Origin: a virus | Virus record (IMG/VR): IMGVR_UViG_3300030333_004588 | Coordinates: 1 to 64,000 of that record | Direction: 5' to 3' (one strand) | DNA length: 64,000 bases | Translations under genes and position numbers: made by a program | Part shown: positions 1-9,502 of the stretch, piece by piece | How positions within the stretch are numbered: the stretch's first letter is position 1 | Layout: each line of letters opens with the position of its first letter | Notes under the pieces: model-generated | What the model was told of the DNA's origin: nothing | The model's database searches: none | What the model saw: the letters and a program-made list of their open reading frames with translations, nothing else

Positions 1-63
1 CCCCAAGATGATAGTGACCATTATTAACTCAATCAATGTAAATCCTTTTTGATTTTTTATCAT
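1..63 (-). CDS. Type IV prepilin, 5' end only (runs off the window)
   Basis: Not in ORF track. Manual translation from ATG at 63 gives MIKNQKG|FTLIELIMVTIILG, a canonical class III signal peptide (G|F, E5). AGAGAGGAGA RBS just upstream. Confidence 0.9.
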   Translation of the reverse strand, partial: MIKNQKGFTLIELIMVTIILG

Positions 64-85
64 GACCAATCTCCTCTCTACTAAC

Positions 86-742
86 TTATGGTGTTAGTGT
101 TTTATGCATTTGTAATGGGTTCTCAATATCTGCCACAAGTAAGGCAGGTGCCTTTGCAGTTGTTCCACTACCACTTCCAGGTATCACAAGATAAATGTAT
201 CCACCATCCTGAAAGGGTGAGTCAATTCCTTGATTACCAAAGTTCTTCTTAAAGGCAACTGCACCATCTTCATCAAAACCAACATCTACTTGATGAACAT
301 TATCACTATCTACACTCATCCAACCACCTTGTAATGCATCTTCATCATCTACTGCCGGTGAAAACACATATACGAAATCAGTTAGGTCTGAAGTATATCC
401 AGTTATACCAATTAAAACATCTTCAAGATATGTTTCTAATGCCTCATCTGTATCAGTATCGGCAGGTAAATCAAATCCACCTACTTTTGAGTCGTATTTA
501 GATTGTCCAGGAAATCTTCCCTTACCCTCTTCAGATACTGCCTCATTATAATAGTTGTTTGCTACGGTCAGAATTTTATCAATGTTTGCCATCGTTTTCT
601 TTTCCTTGGCACCTGCACCAACACTACCAAATTTAGGGGCAGCAGTTGTCGCGAGAGTTGCCATCATTGCAGTAGTAACTGCAAATTCTGCAAGAGAGTT
701 TCCACTCCTACTTTTTATTTTTTTAATTAGGTTTATCAACAT
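86..742 (-). CDS. Type IV pilin-like / pseudopilin protein
   Basis: Basic leader, then KSRSG|NSLAEFAVTTAMMATLATTAAPKF (E5, hydrophobic helix, P22) and an amphipathic helix. Adjacent to a canonical prepilin. Confidence 0.75.
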   Translation of the reverse strand: MLINLIKKIKSRSGNSLAEFAVTTAMMATLATTAAPKFGSVGAGAKEKKTMANIDKILTVANNYYNEAVSEEGKGRFPGQSKYDSKVGGFDLPADTDTDEALETYLEDVLIGITGYTSDLTDFVYVFSPAVDDEDALQGGWMSVDSDNVHQVDVGFDEDGAVAFKKNFGNQGIDSPFQDGGYIYLVIPGSGSGTTAKAPALLVADIENPLQMHKTLTP

Positions 743-779
743 GATTTTTCTCCTTTAATTAATGTTGTTACCTATATAC

Positions 780-795
780 TACAAAAAGCATACCA
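780..795 (-). promoter_or_regulatory. Sigma54-like -24/-12 promoter upstream of the pilins
   Basis: Minus strand TGGTAT-GCTTT-TTGTA versus consensus TGGCAC-N5-TTGCW, ~40 nt upstream of the start codon. Confidence 0.45.
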
Positions 796-888
796 AACCG
801 CGTAATTTTTGAAAAATAATTTAATTTATTTTTAAGTCTGTATATATGTGAAGTTAGAGATGAGAAATTTTAAATAATATTAGGCATT

Positions 889-911
889 AAAAAACCACCG
901 AATTGGTGGTT
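889..911 (-). terminator. Intrinsic terminator
   Basis: AACCACC-AATTC-GGTGGTT hairpin running into a T tract on the minus strand. Confidence 0.6.
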
Positions 912-930
912 AATTATTTTTGTATTGAAT

Positions 931-949
931 TGTTACATTAAATGTAACA
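931..949. promoter_or_regulatory. Perfect inverted repeat, candidate activator-binding site
   Basis: TGTTACATT-A-AATGTAACA, ~140 bp upstream of the sigma54-like element. Confidence 0.4.
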
Positions 950-964
950 TTATGTGAAGTGTGG

Positions 965-1252
965 TTACACTCCTTTAAACATATCCCAAACATGTTTAAA
1001 TAATAATCCTAAAAAACCTGTTCCAATAACACCTCTCCATTTTTGAGAATCCTGTCTAAATTGTGTGTTTTGTTTTGTTTCTGCCCATAATCCCTCATGT
1101 GGATTAAATAGGTTTTCTTTGATAAACTTTAGATTTTCTTCAGTTTTGACATGTGCAGCATTCATTTCTACTTTTAAATCATCAATTGATTGTGTAATAT
1201 TATCAATTTTATTATGAATTAAGTCAAATTCTGTTCTATCTTTTTGGTTCAA
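965..1252 (-). CDS. Small coiled-coil protein with C-terminal hydrophobic segment
   Basis: ORF track; heptad-like N-terminus, C-terminal GVIGTGFLGLLF. Confidence 0.5.
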   Translation of the reverse strand: MNQKDRTEFDLIHNKIDNITQSIDDLKVEMNAAHVKTEENLKFIKENLFNPHEGLWAETKQNTQFRQDSQKWRGVIGTGFLGLLFKHVWDMFKGV

Positions 1253-1304
1253 GGTAATTCTCCATAGTTTGTATTCTATTATAAATATCTAACTTCTAAA
1301 AAAC

Positions 1305-2069
1305 TTATATGGAAAACAACTCATTAAAAAAATTATTTTTTCTACTGATTTTTGTAATTCTCTTTGTGATAAATCTATTTTTATTATTGTGTTCAATGTA
1401 GTTAAAAACTTCCATAGATTTGTTCATACATTCAATGTATTTTTCAGTAAGTATGTTGTCCATAAAATCTATCTTTTTAAATCTATCATCATCTCTTAAT
1501 ATAATTTTTAATGATTTTACTTCTTCCATGTGACTTATTACATCCCCATAACTACTTTTCCAATCAATACCCTCAATTTGTTTTGACAACAACCATTCTA
1601 CATAATAACTCCAATGTCGTTTTAGATTAACAAAATGAACTTTATTCAAATCTTTAAATTCACTAACTTGTTTTATCCTTGTATGTAAATCTATAACTGA
1701 ATGGTTATGAAAAAGAACTTTATCTTTTTCTTTTGTATAGACATCGTATAACCTATCAACTAAATCTGGTCTATTCGCAATCATATTATCATGCCATACA
1801 TGACCCTCAAAATATCCTCTCAAATCTTGGACTTGACCAGATAAAAATCTTTCCATTGGATTTCTATATATAAATACTTTTAAATAATCTTCATATTTTT
1901 CATAATCAATCTCATGTCCATAAAATTCACCTGACTTATGTCCACATGAAAAATGTTCATAATTAACATTTTTTAAATAAATGTTTCTAATGTGACTTGA
2001 ACCAAGTTTGGCACCAGTATATATCATTATTTTACTTTTAGGTATTGTAAATACTGATGCCATACTCAT
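1305..2069 (-). CDS. Sulfotransferase-family protein
   Basis: AKLGSSHIR (5'-PSB-like) and FIYRNPMERFLSG (3'-PB-like) motifs. Confidence 0.6.
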   Translation of the reverse strand: MSMASVFTIPKSKIMIYTGAKLGSSHIRNIYLKNVNYEHFSCGHKSGEFYGHEIDYEKYEDYLKVFIYRNPMERFLSGQVQDLRGYFEGHVWHDNMIANRPDLVDRLYDVYTKEKDKVLFHNHSVIDLHTRIKQVSEFKDLNKVHFVNLKRHWSYYVEWLLSKQIEGIDWKSSYGDVISHMEEVKSLKIILRDDDRFKKIDFMDNILTEKYIECMNKSMEVFNYIEHNNKNRFITKRITKISRKNNFFNELFSI

Positions 2070-2320
2070 TATTTTTTATAACTTTTCTTATAAGGTCTTC
2101 TTTTTCTTGGTTGTGGTTTACTTTTTTTAGTAACTCTAAATATCTCTTGTTTTAGTGCATTTCTTTGTGCCAGTAACTCTTCTACTCTATTATCTAATTC
2201 AATAACTTGGTCTCTTTGTCTACTATCTTTATTAATATTAACAAACCCTAATACTAATACTCCTAAACAACTACCAATCAATAATCCACATCCAAATGCA
2301 ATCCATGCCGATTCAATCAT
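2069..2320 (-). CDS. Small membrane-anchored protein
   Basis: N-terminal TM helix, coiled coil, basic tail. Confidence 0.55.
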   Translation of the reverse strand: MIESAWIAFGCGLLIGSCLGVLVLGFVNINKDSRQRDQVIELDNRVEELLAQRNALKQEIFRVTKKSKPQPRKRRPYKKSYKK

Positions 2321-2321
2321 T

Positions 2322-2543
2322 TTATTCTCCTATTATTACTACTCCTGTATTACCATCCCATGATGGTTCTACATTAAATTTTTGTTTTGAACATTCCTCT
2401 TTCACAATGTTCTTCATTTTTTCACTATTACCTGTGATAACTTTAATTGGAAAATTACCCATATTATATTGTAATATAACCCAATTTATTAATTTATCTT
2501 TTACTTCTTCGTGTTTCCAATTATGTAAATCAATTTCTACCAT
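2322..2543 (-). CDS. Stand-alone Smr-domain protein
   Basis: EIDLHN...KVITGNS...GNTGVVII matches the Smr DLHG / IxGxG / NxG pattern. Confidence 0.7.
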   Translation of the reverse strand: MVEIDLHNWKHEEVKDKLINWVILQYNMGNFPIKVITGNSEKMKNIVKEECSKQKFNVEPSWDGNTGVVIIGE

Positions 2544-2549
2544 CTTTTA

Positions 2550-2852
2550 TCATTTTGGTGGCCCTACTCGTCTTTTTCTCTCAAACAACGACATTTCATC
2601 ATCAACTATTGCCTTTTCTTCTTTCCACCAATCGTATCCTTGTGATTGTGATGATGGTTTTCTTGTAGTTGCCTCATATATTCTATCATATTCTGTTCTT
2701 GTCATAACTTTCCATAAATTACTAAAAACTTCTCTATCAGGCATCTGTTTTACACCTTGAAAATAAGTTGTTGCACCACCAATACCAACATCACTTGCAA
2801 GGTTTGCAGAAAACACAATTTCATCTTGTTTATTAACTAATACATATTCCAC
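2550..2852 (-). CDS. Hypothetical protein
   Basis: ORF track; AGGAG RBS upstream. Confidence 0.55.
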   Translation of the reverse strand: MEYVLVNKQDEIVFSANLASDVGIGGATTYFQGVKQMPDREVFSNLWKVMTRTEYDRIYEATTRKPSSQSQGYDWWKEEKAIVDDEMSLFERKRRVGPPK

Positions 2853-2862
2853 ATTATTACTC

Positions 2863-3447
2863 CTAATTTAATATTATTCCGAATGTCCTATCTTTATATT
2901 CTCCATACCAATCAGTAAAGGACACATTTACATGAACGGTATCTCCAACCATAGTTTTTACTGGCCCAAATATCGTATTTACTTCACCATATGTTTCGGG
3001 TTGTGTTGATGGGTATGATGAACCATTTACGGTTGGAACTTCAAATCCACTAAAATGTGTTACATAAGTTGTATCATAAGAGACATATTCTAAATCATCT
3101 GTTACTCCTCGTTTAACTATGTAACCAAGTGTATCACCAATTGTCCAATAGTGTGTAGAACGCCATCTTACTGGTAACCATTCCATGTCATCTCTTTCCC
3201 ACCAATCATAATCTTTACCCTCACTTGTGATATGTGCAGTCAATCGTTTTATTGATTGCCACTTATTCATATCAAGAGACATATGATAATAACCATTTTC
3301 ATCTTGTGGTAACTCTACACTCAATTCAATATTGAAGTCAGGATAATCATATTTTGTATCCTCACATCCAATAAATAATAATAAACTAATTCCTATTAGG
3401 ATGTTTTTTATTGAACTTCGTGTTTTGTTTTTTATTAATTTCATCAT
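2863..3447 (-). CDS. Putative lipoprotein
   Basis: Basic N-terminus, hydrophobic stretch and lipobox LLFIG|C. Confidence 0.65.
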   Translation of the reverse strand: MMKLIKNKTRSSIKNILIGISLLLFIGCEDTKYDYPDFNIELSVELPQDENGYYHMSLDMNKWQSIKRLTAHITSEGKDYDWWERDDMEWLPVRWRSTHYWTIGDTLGYIVKRGVTDDLEYVSYDTTYVTHFSGFEVPTVNGSSYPSTQPETYGEVNTIFGPVKTMVGDTVHVNVSFTDWYGEYKDRTFGIILN

Positions 3448-3547
3448 AACTTTTTTTCTTCCTTTTTGGTTTTATTTTTGGTTGTATTCTTTTACGGAAA
3501 GTCTCTTCTTCCAGTTCTTCCCATTCTTCCCAATCATATTTCGGCAT
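3386..3547 (-). CDS. 53-aa acidic/basic peptide (not in ORF track)
   Basis: Manual translation MPKYDWEEWEELEEETFRKRIQPKIKPKRKKKSYDEINKKQNTKFNKKHPNRN*; AGGAG RBS and a sigma70 promoter immediately upstream. Confidence 0.7.
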   Translation of the reverse strand: MPKYDWEEWEELEEETFRKRIQPKIKPKRKKKSYDEINKKQNTKFNKKHPNRN

Positions 3548-3560
3548 CTATATTACTCCT

Positions 3561-3590
3561 AATATACTAATTTTTTATTGTTAATGTCAA
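3561..3590 (-). promoter_or_regulatory. Sigma70-type (early) promoter
   Basis: TTGACA-N18-TATATT preceded by an A tract; same architecture at 23977-24006 and 36402-36431. Confidence 0.7.
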
Positions 3591-3598
3591 GCACTTTT

Positions 3599-3865
3599 TT
3601 AATTTCTTTTACCACACATGGTTCTTATTTTTAATTTCTCAATAACATCAAGAAATTCCTCAACACTATATACTTTTCCTTTCTCATCAAGAATAGTATA
3701 ATTCTCTATTGATTCAGGACTTATATTCATCATGTTATTCAGTGCAACCCAACCTTGTTCAGGATAGAATTTACCCAAACTTTCTTCTCCCAATATATTA
3801 CTACTGAACATTAGGTTTTCTTTTGATTCATTTTTATGTATTATAAAGTATGTCATGAATATCAT
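3599..3865 (-). CDS. Hypothetical protein
   Basis: ORF track; overlaps neighbour in operon fashion. Confidence 0.5.
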   Translation of the reverse strand: MIFMTYFIIHKNESKENLMFSSNILGEESLGKFYPEQGWVALNNMMNISPESIENYTILDEKGKVYSVEEFLDVIEKLKIRTMCGKRN

Positions 3866-4520
3866 TTGCTACTATTTCGTAACCCTTTGTTGATGGATGT
3901 GCTCTTCCTTTGATAAATTTCTCTTCATTCTTTCTACTTTGTATATCCAATCCTCTTTCAAATAATGTAGGTTCTTTCTTATCTAATAACATATTTGTAA
4001 TAGAACTATTTGTATATAAATAGTTTTTCTCATCAACAAAATCAGGTTTTTTATAACTCTCTACCGTATTTACAAACAAATAACCTTTAACATTTGGTGT
4101 ATTATCAAGTAAGTGTTTTACCTTTAACATCCAACATTTATATATTGTATTAAAATACTCCTCATCATAACAATAAATTAAATAGTCTTTCCATAATTCA
4201 TTATTTTTTGTATCTGTAAGATTAGGATGGTCATACTTATCCTCTCTTAATATATTTCTTCCCCATGAAGATGCAAAATCTAAAAATGGTAAGTTTTCCC
4301 TTAAAAAAGAAGTAACACCTACAACACAAAAACTCTCATCAACAAATGGATATTGTTCTATACTTGATAATATTTCTGTATTATTTGAACCATTATAACC
4401 ATGATTAGTTGTATTCCAATTTTTTTCTTTTAAAAAGTAATCAATGTTCATTTTTCTATCATTATCGTAATCTGCACATGACCCATAAATAAAACTATCA
4501 CCAAACAAATCAATTATCAT
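3834..4520 (-). CDS. SGNH/GDSL hydrolase-like protein
   Basis: FGDSF block I, GxNG block II, C-terminal HPSTKGY. Confidence 0.7.
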   Translation of the reverse strand: MIIDLFGDSFIYGSCADYDNDRKMNIDYFLKEKNWNTTNHGYNGSNNTEILSSIEQYPFVDESFCVVGVTSFLRENLPFLDFASSWGRNILREDKYDHPNLTDTKNNELWKDYLIYCYDEEYFNTIYKCWMLKVKHLLDNTPNVKGYLFVNTVESYKKPDFVDEKNYLYTNSSITNMLLDKKEPTLFERGLDIQSRKNEEKFIKGRAHPSTKGYEIVANDIHDILYNT

Positions 4521-5700
4521 TTTTAATTAACTCCTCTTCTGAAGTTTGTAGATTAGTAATTCTAATTTTTAATATACCTAACTCAAAAGAACCAAAGTCT
4601 CCACTATCGTTAATTATTTCAGGTAACTTCATAATGTATTGAAAATTTTCATCGTTTAATCTTTCACCATCAACTCTAACAACAACACCATTTTTAGGAT
4701 ATGCCCTATCACGATGAACTCTTCTTCTTAATGAGTAATCAGTTCTTGGTTGTTCATTCTTTATATACTCTTGTAGATAACCACCATCTGGAACAAATAT
4801 ATTATTACACCATGGTTCACAATTAGATAAGATACTATAATCACAATAATTCTCAATCACAATACCAATATCATATTTAGGTGAAATGATTGGTTTCATA
4901 TGTTCATCATGTTGAACTACACTTCCCCATTTTCTGATAAAGTTTCTCATGTTTTTAGTGGTAGTCTCAATCCATTCAGGACTATCTTTTCCAACTCCAC
5001 CTCCAGACATTGGGTTAAATCTACTACCACGACAAGTCATATGATATACAAATCCTTGCCAAGTCTGTATAAATTTTGTTCCATTTAAATGTAGTCTATT
5101 AAAGATATCACTATCTTCTTTTGATTGTGGTCTGAATAATTTATCGTGACCACCTATTTTTTGAAAATCTTCTTTATAGATTGCCCATGGTGCAAATACT
5201 CCCTCGGTGTATTTATCTTCTGAATATTCCCTATCATTTTCTAACCAATCCATTAATTCTTGTTCCTTAAAATTATCAGGTTCTATTCCAAAATCTTGTA
5301 ATATTTTCTCTGGGCCATCAGGATGTAATGGTGGTTCTATTCTTGTAAGTGATACAACTTTACCTGGTTCTAATAAATTATCTATCTCTACATCTGCATT
5401 TGGACACAAATACATATCAGAATGAAAGAACATAACTCTATCATTAGTTGCATATTCATTTACTAATTTATCATATAGTATTGTAAGACCTTCTCTTTCA
5501 GGGCCTTTGTTTACATGAAGTTTAATATTTTTATCTCTCTTCATCCAAACTAATATATGTTCTAATGTTCCATCTGTTGAGGCATCATCTGCAAAACATA
5601 TTTCATGTTCTACTGATGAGTTTTTACGAATACTTTCGTAACACCATTTCAAATAAGTTAAATTGTTTCTACTTGGTATTATAAAACTAATCGGTTTCAT
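4510..5700 (-). CDS. Glycosyltransferase family 2
   Basis: ISFIIPSRN...DDASTDGT...HSD...IGGHD...EDSD. Confidence 0.85.
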   Translation of the reverse strand: MKPISFIIPSRNNLTYLKWCYESIRKNSSVEHEICFADDASTDGTLEHILVWMKRDKNIKLHVNKGPEREGLTILYDKLVNEYATNDRVMFFHSDMYLCPNADVEIDNLLEPGKVVSLTRIEPPLHPDGPEKILQDFGIEPDNFKEQELMDWLENDREYSEDKYTEGVFAPWAIYKEDFQKIGGHDKLFRPQSKEDSDIFNRLHLNGTKFIQTWQGFVYHMTCRGSRFNPMSGGGVGKDSPEWIETTTKNMRNFIRKWGSVVQHDEHMKPIISPKYDIGIVIENYCDYSILSNCEPWCNNIFVPDGGYLQEYIKNEQPRTDYSLRRRVHRDRAYPKNGVVVRVDGERLNDENFQYIMKLPEIINDSGDFGSFELGILKIRITNLQTSEEELIKNDN

Positions 5701-6700
5701 GTTGTTCCATCCACTCTCTTAAATGTTCTAATCGTTTCTCTTCACTTGGGAATGCTCCTTTATTACATTTTCTACACATTCTAAGTTTATCTCTATGTCC
5801 TTTTTTTAGTGTCTCTCTGTAATGAGTATATGAATCATTAATCCATACATCTTCAATTCTTTCATTCAATACATTACCATGTATCACTTTATATTCCCAA
5901 TCACAACAACATAACAAGGCATCCCCGTTCCATTTGATATACATTTGTGAACTTGGAAAATGACAATCTTTTTGTGGAACTGGCATATCAGGATTCACAT
6001 TTGTTAAACCACCACGATTCCAAAATGTAAATGGGCCGAAGTGACTATCCTTTGACATACCCTTTTTCATTTGTGTCACATTGTAATTTGATGATAATGT
6101 AATGAAACATTTACCATTAACACCTTGGAATGGTTCCAATTGTTTTAGTAATTTAGTGGCATATTTATCATCAAAATAATCATCTATTTGTATTGAAGTT
6201 AGTCCTGCATCAATCATGTCACCAAGAAACTCTGTGGTTAATCCTGTTCCATTTGTATTAATTTTTATTGGATTTTTTGGTAAATATTTTCTTGTTATTC
6301 CAATTATCTCTACCATTCTATCTTTATCCATTAATGGTTCATTCATAAGATAAGGTGAAACTCTACCAGTAAAATTTAAGTCTGCCAAGTTCTTTACTAT
6401 TTTGGTATAGTTTTCAATAGACATTATATTATAAGGAATACCTTTTTTCTTTCCCTCTAACCTATCCCATATCATATAATGATTAGGACAAAAGTCACAT
6501 TTCAAATTACAAAATTCTATTGTTTGAATTTGTATCTGACCAAATAGTGGAAATCCTTCTATTTTTGGTGGTTCATAACCTAATGATAAGTGTGGATTAA
6601 CTGCATCATGTGTTGCAACATCTTCAGATGGAACACCAATTAATATATCTCTAATTGGATAAAACTCTATGTGTTTGTTTGGTTCCAATGTTTTAACCAC
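5687..6700 (-). CDS. Radical SAM protein with C-terminal SPASM/twitch domain
   Basis: CNLKCDFC; C-terminal CxxP...LCCCD...GN...W...CRKC. Confidence 0.85.
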   Translation of the reverse strand: MVKTLEPNKHIEFYPIRDILIGVPSEDVATHDAVNPHLSLGYEPPKIEGFPLFGQIQIQTIEFCNLKCDFCPNHYMIWDRLEGKKKGIPYNIMSIENYTKIVKNLADLNFTGRVSPYLMNEPLMDKDRMVEIIGITRKYLPKNPIKINTNGTGLTTEFLGDMIDAGLTSIQIDDYFDDKYATKLLKQLEPFQGVNGKCFITLSSNYNVTQMKKGMSKDSHFGPFTFWNRGGLTNVNPDMPVPQKDCHFPSSQMYIKWNGDALLCCCDWEYKVIHGNVLNERIEDVWINDSYTHYRETLKKGHRDKLRMCRKCNKGAFPSEEKRLEHLREWMEQHETD

Positions 6701-7593
6701 GCCTCCTCTGTATAATAATCATTAAATCTTTTCAATGCAGTCTCACTACATAATTTATAAAACTTTTCATCCTTTAGTTTCTTACCCAATTCAACTGCCT
6801 TATCCAAATCACCAACATCTACTGAAGTTAATGGATGAATTAACTCTTGTGTATCTAATCCCTTGTATCCAATACATGGTATTCCATGAAATCCACAATT
6901 CATTGCAAATGTCCCTGCGGCATGTGTTCTCATTAAATGAACACCTATATTATATTGTGATAAACAATTTATCCATTCTCTCCAACTCATATAAGGTAGA
7001 TAATTTATATCCTCAATCAAACTTTCTTGTTCTTGTTTCCTACCCATTGATGGTGCAGATATAGGGTCTCCAATCTCTCTTGCCACCATATAAGAATCAA
7101 ATCCACCATACCAATTAACAAAGTTACCACCAATCATTGTTGCATCTCCCCATTCATTTCGTGGAATTAATCCTTCAGGAATCATCAAACTTCTCATCAC
7201 TCTTACATCTTTACAACCTAATCCTAAATAATAATTTACATCACTTTCATTATGACAATATACCCAATCGGCATCTAATAATGTATTATAATAATGAAAT
7301 TGATTTTCAATAGTATAGTCTTGGAAATACCAATGTGGGCCTTCTTGCATTACTGCAACCTTATCACAATATTGTTTCATTTGATTTAAATCTACATTAG
7401 GATTATTTTTTGGTATAATAACAATACCCAAGTCAAAGTGTTCATTTGTGAAAGGGGCTTCTCTTGGACTTTGACCTATCGGACACCACTCTGCATCTAA
7501 TGCAACACTCCAACCAAATTCTGTTCTGGCATTTTCAAAATCTCTTGGAACTTTACCTCTAATTTGACTCTCTGAAAAAAATACTATATTCAT
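6667..7593 (-). CDS. Putative GT-B fold glycosyltransferase
   Basis: C-terminal GTFAMNCGFHGIPCIG resembles the GT-B ExxxxGxP region; gene context. Confidence 0.55.
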   Translation of the reverse strand: MNIVFFSESQIRGKVPRDFENARTEFGWSVALDAEWCPIGQSPREAPFTNEHFDLGIVIIPKNNPNVDLNQMKQYCDKVAVMQEGPHWYFQDYTIENQFHYYNTLLDADWVYCHNESDVNYYLGLGCKDVRVMRSLMIPEGLIPRNEWGDATMIGGNFVNWYGGFDSYMVAREIGDPISAPSMGRKQEQESLIEDINYLPYMSWREWINCLSQYNIGVHLMRTHAAGTFAMNCGFHGIPCIGYKGLDTQELIHPLTSVDVGDLDKAVELGKKLKDEKFYKLCSETALKRFNDYYTEEAWLKHWNQTNT

Positions 7594-8264
7594 AACTCTG
7601 ATATTGTTTTGAACTCTATTGTGAATTGTAATAATAAATAGTCTAAAATTCTCTGAAAATAGTTAAAATTTTCTTCATTCCATGTATTATCATTCCAATC
7701 TCCCTGTATGTGTGACTGAAACATAAATGTGTTACCATATAACTTTACATCATCACTTTGATGAATACCATCTGCACCCCAAAATAATTTAGTGTCAAAT
7801 CGTATACCTTGATTTATTTGTTCATGTTGTGCAACCCATTCAAAGTTTTCACTAACTACCTCTGCAGCCTCTTGTGATATTCCCCAACCTGGTGCTCTAA
7901 ATCCTTTTGGTTTGTGTCCACATTGTTCCCATAGGTTTAAACTATCTCTAACTCTATCTACTGCCTCATCTTTATTTAATTCTAAAAATTCTTGTTCACC
8001 TATTTCTTCTTTGGTGTATTTTTTGACATCGTGATAGTGGCCGTGATTACTCAACTCTACCCAATCAAATTGTTTCCAATACGAAACCCAATCTTTTGTT
8101 AATGGATATTCATTATGATAATAACTCGGACAAAATAAATTAAATTTAACTCCATATTTTTCATTGAGTTCTTTTAGATACTCTACTTGAATATCACCCT
8201 CACAACCCCAACCTTTTTGTGGATGTAAATCATCTATTGCAACTATTAAATTAGTGTTTACCAT
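7590..8264 (-). CDS. Polysaccharide deacetylase-like (NodB/DUF2334)
   Basis: IDD, HGHYH and GFRAPGW motifs. Confidence 0.75.
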   Translation of the reverse strand: MVNTNLIVAIDDLHPQKGWGCEGDIQVEYLKELNEKYGVKFNLFCPSYYHNEYPLTKDWVSYWKQFDWVELSNHGHYHDVKKYTKEEIGEQEFLELNKDEAVDRVRDSLNLWEQCGHKPKGFRAPGWGISQEAAEVVSENFEWVAQHEQINQGIRFDTKLFWGADGIHQSDDVKLYGNTFMFQSHIQGDWNDNTWNEENFNYFQRILDYLLLQFTIEFKTISEL

Positions 8265-8463
8265 ATCTTATCCTATTCCAAACTCTTTCGTGAAAATAAA
8301 ACATTATCATTCCTGTTACATTCATAATTACTGCATTCCAAAATGGTATCTCTGTAAAACTCATTGATAATACTAACCATGAATTACTAAATGCAATCAA
8401 TCTCCAACTAATTGATTTACTTGTAGACCTACTCCTTGTCTCTTTGAATACTTTCATACTCAT
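8251..8463 (-). CDS. DUF2061-like small membrane protein
   Basis: RSTSKSISWR...FYFHERVW pattern. Confidence 0.7.
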   Translation of the reverse strand: MSMKVFKETRSRSTSKSISWRLIAFSNSWLVLSMSFTEIPFWNAVIMNVTGMIMFYFHERVWNRIRYGKH

Positions 8464-9502
8464 TATAAAACTCCAAATTATATTTCTTTGACAAAACTTT
8501 TACTTCATCATTAAAAACTTTTATTTGTTCCTTACTTGGTAATAATTTATCATAAGAATACGATGGTATCATTACTCTAAAATCTAAAAAATTAAATCCC
8601 TTTTCTTCTGCAAGTCTAAAAATATCTCTAACTTCAACAATATTTTCATTTGTAAGAATTACGACATACTTTAAATTTGGTTTAGAACCTACTTTTTGAC
8701 TATTAATATAATCAACTCTTTCCCATAAGTGTTTCCAATCTTTTGGTTTTAATCTACGAGAGTCACAATATGTTTTTTCAGTTCCTGCAGATATATTAAT
8801 TTCAAGTCTGTCTACCTTTACATCTACAATTTCTTTTAATTGTTTGTCTGTTAGTCTTGATAGATTAGTAAATACCTTTAAGTAAAATCCTTTTTCTTTT
8901 GTGTATTTAATCATCTCTGTCATTTTAGGAACTAAAAATGGTTCACCACCACCACTAATTGATATCCATCTACAACCACCCATAGAATATAAATCATCAA
9001 TAATATTTTTATATATATCAAACTCAATAAAATGTTTAGACCACTCTTTCCAACCATCCCATTGTTTACCATCGTCTAACATATCTTTTGACCACGACCA
9101 ACAAAAATTACATCTATGATTACAAGGATTACCAACTTCAAATTGAAATTCTGTTGGTGCCGACATTGGTTTACCACTCAATATTCCTTGTCTAACTTCT
9201 GTAGGGAAATATTTCTCTATATTCTCCCAACTATCTAAATTATCTTGAATAACATTTTCTACGGTATAATGTGGACAATGAACACAAGAGTCATTCCACT
9301 CTTCATTCATTTCAGATAAATTATTTTTTAAGTTTTTTCTTAACTTAAAATATTTTTTAGAATTCCAAAATTTTTTAAATGAACCATCTTCACCATAATC
9401 ACCTATACTTGGAACTGAACCACAACATAACCAATATTTTTTATCAGGCGTTATCTTTCCAAATCTATAACCTATATTACACTTTGGAAGTAATTCGTTC
9501 AT
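8429..9502 (-). CDS. Radical SAM protein with N-terminal SPASM/twitch-like domain
   Basis: N-terminal C...LCC...FWNS...CVHC precedes CNHRCNFC and GGGEP. Confidence 0.85.
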   Translation of the reverse strand: MNELLPKCNIGYRFGKITPDKKYWLCCGSVPSIGDYGEDGSFKKFWNSKKYFKLRKNLKNNLSEMNEEWNDSCVHCPHYTVENVIQDNLDSWENIEKYFPTEVRQGILSGKPMSAPTEFQFEVGNPCNHRCNFCWSWSKDMLDDGKQWDGWKEWSKHFIEFDIYKNIIDDLYSMGGCRWISISGGGEPFLVPKMTEMIKYTKEKGFYLKVFTNLSRLTDKQLKEIVDVKVDRLEINISAGTEKTYCDSRRLKPKDWKHLWERVDYINSQKVGSKPNLKYVVILTNENIVEVRDIFRLAEEKGFNFLDFRVMIPSYSYDKLLPSKEQIKVFNDEVKVLSKKYNLEFYNEYESIQRDKE

